A DNA stretch of 64,000 nucleotides, from NCBI RefSeq assembly GCF_041625495.1, contig NZ_JBFJTH010000001.1:12933-76932 (forward strand). Reading direction: 5' to 3'. A program made the translations under genes and the position numbers. Below, piece by piece: positions 21,398-32,517 of this stretch. Position 1 is the first letter of the stretch. Each line of letters starts with the position of its first letter. The notes beneath the pieces are model-generated. The model had not been told where the DNA came from and made no database searches. It was given only the letters and a program-made list of their open reading frames with translations. This stretch comes from Litorivivens sp. (GTDB lineage Bacteria > Pseudomonadota > Gammaproteobacteria > Pseudomonadales > Spongiibacteraceae).

Positions 21398-23164
21398 ATG
21401 AGTTATCAGGTTCTTGCGCGAAAGTGGCGGCCGCGGTCATTCCGGGAAATGGCCGGGCAGGCACATGTGCTGAAAGCCTTGGTGAACGCGCTCGATCATG
21501 ACCGCCTGCATCACGCTTATCTATTTACTGGTACTCGTGGTGTAGGGAAAACCACCATCGCTCGGATTCTCGCCAAGTGTCTTAATTGTGAGAGCGGAGT
21601 CAGTTCAGAGCCTTGCGGCACCTGCGATGCTTGCGTATCCATCAATGAAGGGCGCTTTGTTGATCTTATCGAAGTGGATGCGGCATCGAAAACCAAAGTA
21701 GATGACACCCGGGAATTACTCGACAATGTGCAGTACACGCCTACCCGGGGTCGTTATAAGGTTTATTTGATAGACGAAGTGCACATGCTTTCAGGGCACA
21801 GCTTTAATGCCCTGCTCAAGACCCTGGAAGAGCCACCACCGCATGTGAAATTCCTGCTGGCCACTACAGACCCGCAAAAAATACCCGCCACCATACTGTC
21901 GCGCTGTTTGCAGTTTAGCCTCAAAAACATGTCACCGGAGAAGATCGTTGAACACCTGACGCATATTCTCGGTCAGGAAATGATCGGCTTTGAGGAGCCT
22001 GCGTTGTGGCAGCTAGCACGGGCTGCAGAAGGCAGTATGCGCGATGCGTTGAGCCTGACAGATCAGGCGATCGCCTTTGGCGGAGGCAAACTCGGCAGTG
22101 CTGATGTAGAAGCGATGCTGGGTACCATAGATCACTCTGCGATCAAGGATATTGCAAGTGCTCTGAATGCCGGGGATGCGCAGGGATTACTGCAGACCGT
22201 GTCTCGCCTGGCTGATCAGGGGGTGGATTTTGCCGGCGTACTGGCGGATCTGTTGTCTTTTCTGCATCGAGTCGCCATTGCACAGGCAGTGCCGGAGGCG
22301 GTTGATGGCACTCTGCCTGATAGTGACGCAGTAAAAACGCTGGCGGCGGAATTGCCGGCGGAAGACGTCCAGTATTTTTATCAGGTTGGTCTGGCCGGTC
22401 GTCGTGATCTTCCGCTCGCGCCTGATGCCCGCAGCGGCCTTGAAATGGTGTTGCTGCGCATGATCGCGTTTCGCCCCGCCGGTGTACACCAGCTGCCGCA
22501 AGCGTCGGCTGAGGGCGCCCCCCCGGTAAAAAAGCCGTCAGCGCCGACGGGCGCTAAGACCGTCGAGAACAGCCAGCGCACCGGGTCGCACGTTTTAAAA
22601 GCACCGGTGCCGCCATCCGCGCACAGCGAAGCGCCACGCCGTACTGACACGGCACCCGCTTCTGCGCCAGTGCAATCGTCAGCGCCACCGGTGGTTGTGG
22701 CGCAGGCCGTAGATGCAGAAGTTACAATGCCGGAAGCGCCTGTTGCGACAGGCACGACTATATTGTTCGATGATCTGACACCTACCGTATGGCGCGAACA
22801 GTTTGATGCATTTGGCCTGGCGGGCTTGCTGCGCTCTATCTGTAGCCACTGTATTTTGCAGCAGGTGGGAGGTGACAGGCTCTGTTTTCAGATTGCGCCA
22901 GAAAACGCGCATCTGCTTAATGATGCCCACCATGAGCGCTTCGAAAAGGCCCTGTCGTCTTACTTCGAAAGACCACTGCGTATTGAAATTGAGCAAATCG
23001 CGATAACGCAGGAAACCCCTGCAGAATACCAGCAACGCAAAGAGGCGGAGCACCAAGAGTATTTGAAGAATCTGATTCATGCAGATCCCAATGTTCAATT
23101 GCTGGTACAAGAGTTTCAGGCCGTTGTAGATGACAACAGTATTCGTCCCGGCTCGGGGCAGTAA
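21398..23164 (+). CDS. dnaX: DNA polymerase III subunit tau/gamma
   Basis: MSYQVLARKWRP, GTRGVGKTT, zinc cysteines, DEVHML, SRC; Pro/Ala linker; C-terminal DPNV domain. Confidence 0.98.
   Translation: MSYQVLARKWRPRSFREMAGQAHVLKALVNALDHDRLHHAYLFTGTRGVGKTTIARILAKCLNCESGVSSEPCGTCDACVSINEGRFVDLIEVDAASKTKVDDTRELLDNVQYTPTRGRYKVYLIDEVHMLSGHSFNALLKTLEEPPPHVKFLLATTDPQKIPATILSRCLQFSLKNMSPEKIVEHLTHILGQEMIGFEEPALWQLARAAEGSMRDALSLTDQAIAFGGGKLGSADVEAMLGTIDHSAIKDIASALNAGDAQGLLQTVSRLADQGVDFAGVLADLLSFLHRVAIAQAVPEAVDGTLPDSDAVKTLAAELPAEDVQYFYQVGLAGRRDLPLAPDARSGLEMVLLRMIAFRPAGVHQLPQASAEGAPPVKKPSAPTGAKTVENSQRTGSHVLKAPVPPSAHSEAPRRTDTAPASAPVQSSAPPVVVAQAVDAEVTMPEAPVATGTTILFDDLTPTVWREQFDAFGLAGLLRSICSHCILQQVGGDRLCFQIAPENAHLLNDAHHERFEKALSSYFERPLRIEIEQIAITQETPAEYQQRKEAEHQEYLKNLIHADPNVQLLVQEFQAVVDDNSIRPGSGQ
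22511..22557 (+). other. Programmed -1 ribosomal frameshift cassette in dnaX
   Basis: SD-like GAGGG (22511-15), in-frame A_AAA_AAG (22528-34), stem-loop AGCGCC-GACG-GGCGCT (22540-55), -1-frame TAA (22555-57). Confidence 0.8.
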
Positions 23165-23206
23165 CACAAAGGTAAACGCGCCTGGCAGGCGCGTCAGGAA
23201 ATCGCT

Positions 23207-23518
23207 ATGCAGAACCTTAAAGATTTGATGAAACAGGCTGGCCAGATGCAGGAGCAGATGCAAAAGGCACAGGAAGAACTAGCCAGGCAAGAAGTTACCG
23301 GAGAAGCCGGAGCTGGCATGGTTAAAGTGACGATGAATGGTCGCCATGATGTTAAAGCGGTAACAATTGATGACGGGCTGATGCGCGAAGACAAGTCCAT
23401 GCTCGAAGACTTGTTGGCAGCGGCAATTAACGATGCGGTGCGTCGCGTAGAGGAAAGTAACAAAAGTGCGCTTGGTAATATGTTTGGCGGTCTAGGGGGC
23501 GGGTTTCCCTTTAAATGA
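23207..23518 (+). CDS. ybaB: YbaB/EbfC nucleoid-associated protein
   Basis: [34 protein letters not shown]. Confidence 0.95.
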   Translation: MQNLKDLMKQAGQMQEQMQKAQEELARQEVTGEAGAGMVKVTMNGRHDVKAVTIDDGLMREDKSMLEDLLAAAINDAVRRVEESNKSALGNMFGGLGGGFPFK

Positions 23519-24117
23519 GTCATTTCAGCCCCATCATTGAAGAGCTGATAGAAGCGCTCCGCATCTTGCAGGGCGTTGGCCGGAAATCGGCGCAACGCAT
23601 GGCGTTTAATCTGCTGCAACACAAGCGCGAAGGTGCTGTGCATTTGGCGGAGGTGCTCAACAAGGCTGTGAGCAAGATTGGCCATTGTCGCGGCTGTCGC
23701 AGCCTGTCGGAGCATGAGTTGTGCTCGATCTGTCGCAGTGAGAAACGAGACAAGACAGTGATCTGCGTAGTCGAATCACCGGCGGATGTCATCGCTTTTG
23801 AGCAGGCTGGTGGGTACAACGGTCAGTATTTCGTGTTGATGGGGCACCTGTCGCCAATTGACGGCATAGGCCCTGAAGATATTGGCATTGACCGGCTGGT
23901 CGATCGCGCTCGCGAACTGGATATCCAAGAATTGATATTGGCGACCAATCCAACCATTGAAGGGGAGGCGACGGCTTTCTACATTACAGAGCAATTGCGA
24001 GAGCAAGGCGTCAAAGTATCCCGCATTGCCCACGGCGTGCCCTTGGGCGGCGAGCTGGAGTACGTCGACAGTGGTACCTTGGCTCATGCCCTGAGCGGCC
24101 GGCGGATTGTCGAGTGA
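23515..24117 (+). CDS. recR: Recombination protein RecR
   Basis: GVG.KSAQR HhH, C4 zinc finger, [19 protein letters not shown]. Confidence 0.97.
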   Translation: MSHFSPIIEELIEALRILQGVGRKSAQRMAFNLLQHKREGAVHLAEVLNKAVSKIGHCRGCRSLSEHELCSICRSEKRDKTVICVVESPADVIAFEQAGGYNGQYFVLMGHLSPIDGIGPEDIGIDRLVDRARELDIQELILATNPTIEGEATAFYITEQLREQGVKVSRIAHGVPLGGELEYVDSGTLAHALSGRRIVE

Positions 24118-25211
24118 GTGATTTTAGCTTTGTAGCCGATAATGCAGGCTTGGCCGATAGCATCGCCAGTGTAGCGCAGTGCCCTGTGGTTATGCTCGAC
24201 ACCGAATTTATGCGCACGGACACCTTCTACCCGATACCTGCGTTGTTGCAGTTGTCAGATGGCACGTCGCATTACCTGATAGACCCGCTCGCCATTACGG
24301 ACTGGGCGCCACTGGTTGCGCTGTTTCGCAACCCGAATGTAATCAAGGTCTTGCATTCAGTTAGTGAGGATCTGGAAGTTTTTCAGCGCCTTCTCGGCGC
24401 ATTGCCACGCCCCCTTTTGGATACTCAGGTGGGGGCGGCACTGGCCGGTTTCGGGGTCGGGCTGGGTTACCAGCGCCTGCTTGATACCTTGCTTGGTATT
24501 GCCATCGACAAGGATGAAACCCGCTCAAATTGGCTGCAACGCCCGCTCAGCGATGCCCAGTGTCAATATGCGGTGCTGGATGTGCTGCACTTGATGCCGG
24601 CCTTCGAGGTAATCCGGGATGCCTTGGAAGAGCAGGGGCGAATGAGTTGGTGGCTGGAAGAGGGTGATCGTTGCATCGACCGCGCCGAGCAGCAGGCGCC
24701 GCTTGAGGATTATTTTCGTAAGATTAAGAGCGCCTGGCGACTGTCGCCGACGGATCAGCTCTGTCTGAGAGCTCTGTGTATCTGGCGTGAGACGGTGGCG
24801 CGCGAGCAGGATGTGCCCCGTGGGCGTATCGTAAAAGATGCAATCTGTATCGAGCTGGCTAAACGTCGTCCGAGCCATCCTGGTGCGTTGTCGAAAATAA
24901 AGGGCCTGACACCATCCGTCATAAGGCGTCACGGTGAAACTCTGTGTGACATCCTGGCTGTCGACTACCGAGATGACGGGCAAATCCCTTTGGAGTTTCC
25001 ACTGAACACCGCCCAGAAAGCAAAAGCGAAAGCATTGCGCGATGCGGTGGATGGTCTCGGTGATGAGTTGGCAGTGCCACGCGAGTTGCTGATGAGTAAG
25101 CGCGATATTGAGGACAGTATTCGGCTAGAGAGGCTTGCTCCTGGTCTCGATGGCTGGCGCAGCCCTATACTAAAGCCAATTTTAAATGAAGTATTGAGCG
25201 TAAATGACTGA
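24114..25211 (+). CDS. rnd: Ribonuclease D
   Basis: [35 protein letters not shown]; HRDC region. Confidence 0.93.
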   Translation: MSDFSFVADNAGLADSIASVAQCPVVMLDTEFMRTDTFYPIPALLQLSDGTSHYLIDPLAITDWAPLVALFRNPNVIKVLHSVSEDLEVFQRLLGALPRPLLDTQVGAALAGFGVGLGYQRLLDTLLGIAIDKDETRSNWLQRPLSDAQCQYAVLDVLHLMPAFEVIRDALEEQGRMSWWLEEGDRCIDRAEQQAPLEDYFRKIKSAWRLSPTDQLCLRALCIWRETVAREQDVPRGRIVKDAICIELAKRRPSHPGALSKIKGLTPSVIRRHGETLCDILAVDYRDDGQIPLEFPLNTAQKAKAKALRDAVDGLGDELAVPRELLMSKRDIEDSIRLERLAPGLDGWRSPILKPILNEVLSVND

Positions 25212-25479
25212 TTCCAAAGTAATTGTAAGTATATACCGAAGCTCGCAAAAGGAAGGTATGTACCTGTATGTTGAGAAACGCGAGGGTATGTCGCGCGTGC
25301 CGGAGGCCTTGCAAAAGCAGTTTGGTAGTGCCGAGCTGGCAATGACAATGCTGCTCACCCCCGAACAAAAACTGGCCCGTGCCGATACCGCAAAAGTCCT
25401 CAAGGCTCTCGCTGAACAGGGGTTCTACTTGCAGATGCCGCCGCTACCAGAAGCTGCTCTTGATCCGAGAAAATCGTGA
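25204..25479 (+). CDS. ycgL: YcgL domain protein
   Basis: IYRS..KEGMYLYV, RVPEAL...FG, QGFYLQMPP. Confidence 0.9.
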   Translation: MTDSKVIVSIYRSSQKEGMYLYVEKREGMSRVPEALQKQFGSAELAMTMLLTPEQKLARADTAKVLKALAEQGFYLQMPPLPEAALDPRKS

Positions 25480-25919
25480 AAAAATTTTGGGAAATCAAAA
25501 GCCTGACTGAGATGACCCCGGAGGAGTGGGAATCGATTTGCGACGGCTGCGGCAAATGCTGTCTGCATAAACTAGAAGATATTGATACCGGCGATATTTA
25601 CTATACCAGAGTGGCCTGTCAGTGGCTGGACATTGAATCTTGTCGGTGTAGCCATTACGCTGACCGCCTCAAAAAAGAGCCTACGTGCGTAAAACTGACT
25701 CCCGCCGATGTTGACGATCTGCAGTGGTTGCCGCCGAGTTGCAGTTACCGGCGTATGCATGATGGACGCGGGTTGGCAGATTGGCATCATCTGGTGTGTG
25801 GCGATCGGGAGCGTGTGCACAGCGAGGGGCATTCCATCCTGGGGCGCTGTCTAAGCGAGCGCGATGTGCATCCGGATGGCCTGGAAGAACATATCGTGCA
25901 CTGGGTAGAGCAGAATTGA
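25476..25919 (+). CDS. ycgN: YcgN family cysteine cluster protein
   Basis: FWE.KSL.EM..EEWES.CDGCGKCCL.KLED, WLPPSCSYR. Confidence 0.9.
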   Translation: MKKFWEIKSLTEMTPEEWESICDGCGKCCLHKLEDIDTGDIYYTRVACQWLDIESCRCSHYADRLKKEPTCVKLTPADVDDLQWLPPSCSYRRMHDGRGLADWHHLVCGDRERVHSEGHSILGRCLSERDVHPDGLEEHIVHWVEQN

Positions 25920-25936
25920 GGTTGTTGTAGCAGGGT

Positions 25937-26362
25937 ATGGAATCCGTTATTGAATATAGAGAATATGTGACGGCCTGGGCTGCCTATCTCGGTGCCTGTA
26001 CGGTTCTGATTATTATCGGTTGCCTCTGGACGTCAGGTATACGCAATACGTATATACGCAGTTTTATTCGCTTGGTGGCAAGCACGGTGCTGTTATTGCC
26101 GATTATCCACGAAGACGCCAATCAAGTTCTTGTGCCTGCGTTGGTTGTAGTCGTACTGGGTGCGTTTATCGGCAACACGATTGCAGCAGTAAAAGCCATG
26201 AACCTGCTGGTGCTTGCCTGTATAGGTGCCGGGATTCTGTCGGCTATCCTAGCCCGCCTGATCAACGGATTTCGCGCCAAGCGGAAAGCCAGAATGGAGG
26301 CAAATATGTCCTCTGAGATCAGTGACGTGGCCGAAAGCGAAATTGTTAAAGGTGAGCGCTGA
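25937..26362 (+). CDS. Hypothetical inner membrane protein
   Basis: About four hydrophobic segments; same strand and tight spacing within the operon. Confidence 0.7.
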   Translation: MESVIEYREYVTAWAAYLGACTVLIIIGCLWTSGIRNTYIRSFIRLVASTVLLLPIIHEDANQVLVPALVVVVLGAFIGNTIAAVKAMNLLVLACIGAGILSAILARLINGFRAKRKARMEANMSSEISDVAESEIVKGER

Positions 26363-26411
26363 CGCTACTCTCAGCGCCAGCCAAAGAATTGCATGAAAAA
26401 AGGTAGAGCAC

Positions 26412-27260
26412 ATGAAGTTTGAAGGTACCGAAAATTACGTCGCAACGGACGATCTGCGTCTGGCGGTTGATTCTGCGGTTGCACTGCAACGCCCCCTGTT
26501 AATCAAGGGCGAGCCCGGCACCGGTAAAACCATGCTGGCCGAGGAAGTCGCCAAAGGTTTGGGAAAGCCCCTGCTGCAATGGCATATCAAATCTACTACT
26601 AAAGCCCAACAGGGCCTGTATGAGTACGATGCGGTATCGCGACTGCGAGATTCCCAGCTTGGTGACGACAAAGTTCATGATATCTCGAATTACATCAAAC
26701 GCGGAAAGTTGTGGGAGGCGTTTGCAGCAGAAGAGCAGGTTGTGCTGTTGATCGATGAGATCGACAAGGCAGACATCGAATTCCCCAACGATTTGTTGGT
26801 TGAGTTGGACAAGATGGAGTTTCACGTTTACGAGACAGGTGAGACTATCAAGGCCAAGCAACGTCCGATTATCATCATCACCAGTAATAACGAGAAAGAA
26901 CTGCCAGACGCTTTTCTGCGTCGCTGCTTTTTCCACTTCATCAATTTCCCGGATCGGGAAACCATGCAAAAAATTGTTGCGGTTCATCATCCGGACGCTA
27001 AAAAAGATCTGGTCAATGAGGCGTTGGAAGTGTTTTTCGACGTACGCAGCATTCCAGGTCTAAAGAAAAAGCCCTCAACCTCTGAGCTGATCGACTGGCT
27101 GAAACTGTTGATGGCAGACGATGTGCCGGACGAAATCCTGAAAAACCGCGACAGCAGCAAAGCGATTCCACCGCTCTACGGCGCCTTGCTCAAAAATGAG
27201 CAGGATGTTCACCTGTTGGAGCGCTTGGCCTTTATGCATCGCAGAGAGAGCCGCGGCTAA
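26412..27260 (+). CDS. MoxR-family AAA+ ATPase
   Basis: GEPGTGKT, LIDEIDKAD, TSNNEKELPDAFLRRC. Confidence 0.93.
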   Translation: MKFEGTENYVATDDLRLAVDSAVALQRPLLIKGEPGTGKTMLAEEVAKGLGKPLLQWHIKSTTKAQQGLYEYDAVSRLRDSQLGDDKVHDISNYIKRGKLWEAFAAEEQVVLLIDEIDKADIEFPNDLLVELDKMEFHVYETGETIKAKQRPIIIITSNNEKELPDAFLRRCFFHFINFPDRETMQKIVAVHHPDAKKDLVNEALEVFFDVRSIPGLKKKPSTSELIDWLKLLMADDVPDEILKNRDSSKAIPPLYGALLKNEQDVHLLERLAFMHRRESRG

Positions 27261-27266
27261 TATCCC

Positions 27267-28442
27267 ATGCTTGTCAGTTTTTTCTTCACCCTCAAAGAAA
27301 CCGGGGTTCCGGTCTCCATCCGCGAACTGCTGGACCTGATATCCGCGCTTAAAGCGCGGCTCGTCTTCGCTGACGTCGAGGAGTTTTATCACCTCGCCCG
27401 TATATGCATGGTCAAGGACGAAAAGTACTACGATCGATTTGACCTAGCCTTCGGGCGTTATTTTCGGGATCTTGAAACCCTTGATGACGTTATCGAGGCA
27501 ATGATTCCCGACGACTGGTTGCGCACAGAGTTTCTCAAGCAGTTAAGTGATGAAGAGAAAGCGAAAATTGAATCGCTGGGTGGGCTCGACAAGCTAATTG
27601 AAGAATTCAAAAAGCGCTTGGAAGAGCAAAAAGAACGTCACGAGGGCGGTAACAAGTGGATCGGCACAGGCGGCACCTCGCCTTTCGGGCACAGTGGTTA
27701 CCATCCGGAAGGTGTGCGGGTTGGCGGCGAGAGCAAAAACAAGAAGGCCGTAAAAGTTTGGGAAAAGCGTGATTTTAAAAATCTGGATGACAGTGTCGAG
27801 CTCGGTACCCGCAATATCAAAGTAGCGCTGCGGCGTCTGCGCAAGTTTGCGCGCACCGGTGCGGCCGATGAGTTGGACATGGATGACACCATCAAGTCGA
27901 CAGCGCGCAATGCTGGCATGCTCGATATCAAGATGGTGCCGGAACGCCATAATGCCGTGAAAGTATTGCTGTTCTTCGATGTGGGCGGCTCTATGGATCC
28001 TTATGTGCGCACCTGTGAGGAGTTATTCTCCGCTGCGCGCACCGAGTTTAAACACCTGGAATACTATTACTTCCACAACTATCTGTATGAGTCTGTCTGG
28101 AAAAACAACGTTCGTCGGCATGCAGAGCGCATCTCCACACTGGATATCATGCACAAATACAGCTCCGACTATAAGGTGATTTTTGTTGGTGATGCGTCGA
28201 TGTCTCCCTACGAAATTCTGCAGCCGGGAGGCAGTGTTGAGCACTGGAATGACGAGGCCGGTGAGGTTTGGGTTAAGCGAATAACCGACACCTACGACAA
28301 GGTTGCCTGGCTTAATCCAGTGCCCCAGGATGAATGGGGGTGGACACAGTCCATTGAGCTGGCCCACCGTCAGATGGAAGGGCACATGTACCCACTAACT
28401 CTGAAGGGCTTGGAAGAGGCTATGGCCTACCTGGCGAAGTAA
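27267..28442 (+). CDS. VWA-domain protein (CoxE-like), MoxR partner
   Basis: MIDAS-like DVGGSM, KWIGTGGTS, VGDASM, WLNP; 6 bp after the MoxR gene. Confidence 0.88.
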   Translation: MLVSFFFTLKETGVPVSIRELLDLISALKARLVFADVEEFYHLARICMVKDEKYYDRFDLAFGRYFRDLETLDDVIEAMIPDDWLRTEFLKQLSDEEKAKIESLGGLDKLIEEFKKRLEEQKERHEGGNKWIGTGGTSPFGHSGYHPEGVRVGGESKNKKAVKVWEKRDFKNLDDSVELGTRNIKVALRRLRKFARTGAADELDMDDTIKSTARNAGMLDIKMVPERHNAVKVLLFFDVGGSMDPYVRTCEELFSAARTEFKHLEYYYFHNYLYESVWKNNVRRHAERISTLDIMHKYSSDYKVIFVGDASMSPYEILQPGGSVEHWNDEAGEVWVKRITDTYDKVAWLNPVPQDEWGWTQSIELAHRQMEGHMYPLTLKGLEEAMAYLAK

Positions 28443-28469
28443 TCCTGGCTGTTATGGCTCCTTTCGAAC

Positions 28470-28497
28470 TTGTACGTTGGGGCGAATCCGGTACAAT
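28470..28497 (+). promoter_or_regulatory. Candidate sigma70 promoter of the small ORF
   Basis: TTGTAC-N16-TACAAT. Confidence 0.55.
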
Positions 28498-28541
28498 ACG
28501 GGCTTTAAAATTTCGGTCAGTTTTATCTAGAGGAATGTTTG

Positions 28542-28652
28542 ATGTCTGAAGAAGCTCGTGAAGATGCGGTAGCTGACGCGTTCGCAACAGTAGCCGTGAT
28601 TGCGCTGGTTGTTGGTACAGTGACCTATTGGCTGGCGGGTATGCCTCACTGA
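28542..28652 (+). CDS. 36-aa single-pass membrane microprotein (absent from the ORF track)
   Basis: MSEEAREDAVADAFATVAVIALVVGTVTYWLAGMPH*; AGAGGA RBS; own promoter and terminator. Confidence 0.8.
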   Translation: MSEEAREDAVADAFATVAVIALVVGTVTYWLAGMPH

Positions 28653-28683
28653 GATATTGTCAGCGGCAGTTAGCCCATACGTG

Positions 28684-28710
28684 AAAAGCCTCCTAGTGAG
28701 GCTTTTTTTG
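28684..28710 (+). terminator. Intrinsic terminator after the microprotein gene
   Basis: AAAAGCCTC-CTAGT-GAGGCTTTT then further Ts. Confidence 0.9.
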
Positions 28711-28824
28711 TGCCTGTTAGAAAGTAAGGTGCTGCTGGGCTTTCCTGTGAACTGTTACGCCTGTTTCAGCAGGAAAACCCGTTGCTCCCTGATGGGGTTA
28801 GTCGGTTAGCAACCTGCGGCGCTA

Positions 28825-31800
28825 TCAGGGATCGTAGTCCAGCACCGGTGACAGCCAGCGCTCCATTTCCTGCAGCGTTTTACCCTTGCGCTCGGCGATG
28901 CTCGCTACTTGGTCTTTGGCTATTTTGCCAACTGCAAAGTAGCGAGATTCAGGGTGCGAGTAGTAAAAGCCGCTCACTGAAGCCGCCGGTGTCATGGCGA
29001 AATGCTCGGTCAGCTCGACACCCGTTTCAGCCTCGGCGTTCAGAATTCTGAACAGCGTGGGCTTTTCGGTGTGATCGGGGCAGGCCGGGTAGCCGGGAGC
29101 AGGGCGGATACCCTGATACTTCTCCTTGATTAACTCTTCGTTGCTGAAGTTCTCGCTGTTTACGTAACCCCAGAACTCCGTGCGTACGCGCTGATGCATA
29201 TGTTCAGCGAAGGACTCGGCCAGCCTATCCGCCAGTGCCTTGACCATGATGGCGCTGTAGTCATCATTCTTGGCTTCGTATTCCGCGCATAGCGCCTCAG
29301 CCCCAATACCGGCGGTGACCACAAAACCGCCGACGTAATCGTTCACGCCGCTGCTTTTGGGTGCAACATAGTCCGCCAGGCTCATATAGGGCTTGTCGTC
29401 CGGCCTTTCGGTTTGCTGGCGCAAGTGGTGCAGGGTCGCCAGCTCGCTGCCGTCGTCATTGTACAGGGCGACATCGTCGCCTTCACTGCTGGCAGGCCAG
29501 AAGCCAATAATGCCCGAGGCTTTCAGCAGCTTTTCTTCAATGATGCGATCAAGCATGGCCTGGGCATCATTGAAGAGGTTTCTTGCGGCTTCACCGACTT
29601 TCTCATCGTCGAGGATTTTCGGGTATTTGCCGGCTAGTCCCCAAGTAATGAAGAAGGGCGTCCAGTCGATGGTTTCACGCAGTTTTTCCAAGGGGTAATC
29701 GTTAAAGGTGCGCGTTCCTGTGAACTTGGGTGTTGGCGGCGTGTAGCTTGCCCAATCAGTCTGAAAACCGCGCCCCAGAACGTCGGTATAGGGCAGTCGG
29801 CGGCCGCGACTCTCGCTGCCGGCGCGCCGTTCGCGGATGCGTGCGTATTCGTCTTTTCGCGCCTCAACAAAGGCGGTTTTCTGGGTGTCGCTGATTAGCT
29901 GTGTGGCTACGCCAACACTGCGTGAAGCGTCAGCTACGTAAATCACAGCGTCGTTTTTGTATTTAGGTTCGATTTTGACCGCAGTATGTGCCTTGGAGGT
30001 AGTGGCACCACCAATCATTAACGGGACGTTGAAGTCGAGCCGCTGCATTTCTGCCGCGACGTGAACCATCTCATCGAGCGATGGAGTAATCAGACCGCTC
30101 AGGCCAATAATGTCCACGTTTTCTTTTTTGGCAGTGTCGAGTATTTTGTCGCAGGGGACCATAACGCCGAGATCGATAACCTCGAAGTTGTTGCACTGCA
30201 ACACCACGCCCACAATATTTTTGCCGATATCGTGCACGTCGCCTTTCACTGTGGCCATCAGTATCTTGCCGTTTGGCTTGGCGCCTTCCTCTTTCTCCGC
30301 CTCGATGTAGGGTTGAAGGTAGGCCACCGCCTGTTTCATCACGCGGGCAGATTTCACTACCTGAGGCAAGAACATCTTGCCCTCGCCAAACAGGTCGCCG
30401 ACCACGTTCATACCGTCCATTAGCGGCCCTTCAATCACGTCGATGGGCTTGCTGGCCTCCTGGCGTGCGAGTTCGGCGTCTTCTTCGATATAGGTGGTAA
30501 TCCCTTTCACAAGGGCGTGTTCGATACGCTTTGCCACGGGCAGTTCGCGCCAGCTCAAATCTTCCTGTTTGCTGGCAGTGCTGCCGTCGCCTCGGTATTT
30601 TTCAGCAATATCCAGCAAGCGCTCAGTGCCGTCATCGCGACGATTGAGAATGACGTCTTCTACACGCTCGCGCAGTTCCTCCGGTAGATCATCGTAAACA
30701 GCCAGTTGGCCTGCATTAACAATTCCCATGTCCATGCCGGCCTTGATAGCGTGGTAGAGGAAGACCGAGTGAATGGCTTCACGCACCGGATTGTTGCCAC
30801 GGAAGGAAAATGACACATTCGATACGCCGCCCGACACCAGTGCGTGGGGTAGTTCGCTCTTGATGTATTTTACCGATTCGATGAAATCTACAGCGTAGTT
30901 GTTGTGCTCTTCAATACCTGTAGCTACCGCGAAGATATTCGGGTCGAAAATGATGTCCTGCGGCGGAAAGCCCACCTTGTTGACCAAAATGTCGTAGGAT
31001 TTTGAGCAGATCTCTTTACGCCGCTCGATGTTGTCGGCCTGGCCATCTTCGTCAAAAGCCATGACCACAACCGCCGCACCGAAGCGGCGACAGATGCGAG
31101 CTTTTTCAATGAATTCTGCTTCGCCTTCCTTCATGGAAATCGAATTCACCACGGCCTTGCCTTGAATACACTTCAGGCCAGCTTCAATCACATCCCATTT
31201 GGAGGAGTCGACCATGATGGGCACTTTGGAGATTTCAGGCTCGGAGGCGATCAAGTTAAGGAACTTGACGATGGCCGCTTCTGCGTCGAGCATGCCTTCG
31301 TCCATATTCACGTCGATTATCTGCGCACCGTTTTCCACCTGTTCGCGGGCAATCGCCAGTGCGGTGTCATAATCACCCTCCAGAATCAGTCGTTTGAACT
31401 TGGCTGAGCCTGTCACGTTGCAGCGCTCGCCCACGTTTACAAACAGTGAGTCGGGTGTGATGGTAAATGGCTCCAGACCGCTGAGTCGGCAAGCGACGGC
31501 TTTCTTCGGGATTTCGCGGGGTTTTACATCTGCGACCGAAGCGCCGATTTTCTCGATATGGGCAGGTGTGGTGCCGCAGCAGCCACCGACCAGGTTGAGG
31601 TAGCCACGCTCGCCTAGCTCGCGCAGTTCGCGCCCCATGTCGTCTGGAGTTTCGTCGTATTCACCGAATTCATTGGGCAGGCCAGCGTTGAAATGGCCAC
31701 TCACATAGCACTCGGCCACATCGGCGAGTTCTTCGAAGAAGGGGCGGATTTCAGAGATGCGACGGCCACAGTTGGTGCCGACGATCAACGGTTTGGCGTG

Positions 31801-32517
31801 AGCAATGGTGTTCCAGAATGCCGTCGGCGTTTGGCCGGACAGGGTGCGGCCGCTGACATCAGGGAAGGTTACCGACACCATAATGGGTACTTCAATACCG
31901 CTGTCTTCAAAATATTGCAGTATCGCGTAGATCGCAGCCTTGGCATTCAGGCTGTCGAAAATGGTTTCTATCAACAGCAGATCTACATCGCTTTCCACCA
32001 AAGCTTTGGTGGCTGCGTAGTAGTCTTCAACCAGCTGGTCAAAGCTAATATTGCGCGCACCAGGATCATTCACGTCAGGTGAGATGGACGCCGTTTTTGG
32101 CGTGGGGCCGAGAATGCCTGCGACAAAGCGAGGCTTATCCGGCGTGGCAGCGGTCTGTGCGTCCGCCACTTCGCGAGCGACTTTCGCGCCAGCTCGGTTC
32201 AGCTCCTCCGCGATAAACTGCATCTCGTAGTCGCCCTGAGCCACTTGCGTCGAGTTGAAGGTATTGGTCCCAATGATGTCTGCGCCCGAATCTAGGTAGG
32301 CCTGATGGATTTCCTTGATGACATCGGGGCGGGTAATCGAGAGCAGGTCGTTATTGCCCTTGATATCGATATGGAAGTCGGCAAAGCGTTCGCCGCGGTA
32401 ATCGGGTTCTTCGAGCTTGTAAGACTGGATCAGGCTTCCCATAGCGCCATCTATAACCAGAATACGGTTCTGGAGGGCGTCTTTGAGTGCCTGGATGCGT
32501 TGTGCTCGATTGGCCAT
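28825..32517 (-). CDS. metH: Cobalamin-dependent methionine synthase
   Basis: DGAMGS, NC and GGCCGT zinc ligands, GER.NVTGS pterin domain, DVHDIGKN B12 motif, [12 protein letters not shown]; start set at MANRAQ. Confidence 0.98.
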   Translation of the reverse strand: MANRAQRIQALKDALQNRILVIDGAMGSLIQSYKLEEPDYRGERFADFHIDIKGNNDLLSITRPDVIKEIHQAYLDSGADIIGTNTFNSTQVAQGDYEMQFIAEELNRAGAKVAREVADAQTAATPDKPRFVAGILGPTPKTASISPDVNDPGARNISFDQLVEDYYAATKALVESDVDLLLIETIFDSLNAKAAIYAILQYFEDSGIEVPIMVSVTFPDVSGRTLSGQTPTAFWNTIAHAKPLIVGTNCGRRISEIRPFFEELADVAECYVSGHFNAGLPNEFGEYDETPDDMGRELRELGERGYLNLVGGCCGTTPAHIEKIGASVADVKPREIPKKAVACRLSGLEPFTITPDSLFVNVGERCNVTGSAKFKRLILEGDYDTALAIAREQVENGAQIIDVNMDEGMLDAEAAIVKFLNLIASEPEISKVPIMVDSSKWDVIEAGLKCIQGKAVVNSISMKEGEAEFIEKARICRRFGAAVVVMAFDEDGQADNIERRKEICSKSYDILVNKVGFPPQDIIFDPNIFAVATGIEEHNNYAVDFIESVKYIKSELPHALVSGGVSNVSFSFRGNNPVREAIHSVFLYHAIKAGMDMGIVNAGQLAVYDDLPEELRERVEDVILNRRDDGTERLLDIAEKYRGDGSTASKQEDLSWRELPVAKRIEHALVKGITTYIEEDAELARQEASKPIDVIEGPLMDGMNVVGDLFGEGKMFLPQVVKSARVMKQAVAYLQPYIEAEKEEGAKPNGKILMATVKGDVHDIGKNIVGVVLQCNNFEVIDLGVMVPCDKILDTAKKENVDIIGLSGLITPSLDEMVHVAAEMQRLDFNVPLMIGGATTSKAHTAVKIEPKYKNDAVIYVADASRSVGVATQLISDTQKTAFVEARKDEYARIRERRAGSESRGRRLPYTDVLGRGFQTDWASYTPPTPKFTGTRTFNDYPLEKLRETIDWTPFFITWGLAGKYPKILDDEKVGEAARNLFNDAQAMLDRIIEEKLLKASGIIGFWPASSEGDDVALYNDDGSELATLHHLRQQTERPDDKPYMSLADYVAPKSSGVNDYVGGFVVTAGIGAEALCAEYEAKNDDYSAIMVKALADRLAESFAEHMHQRVRTEFWGYVNSENFSNEELIKEKYQGIRPAPGYPACPDHTEKPTLFRILNAEAETGVELTEHFAMTPAASVSGFYYSHPESRYFAVGKIAKDQVASIAERKGKTLQEMERWLSPVLDYDP

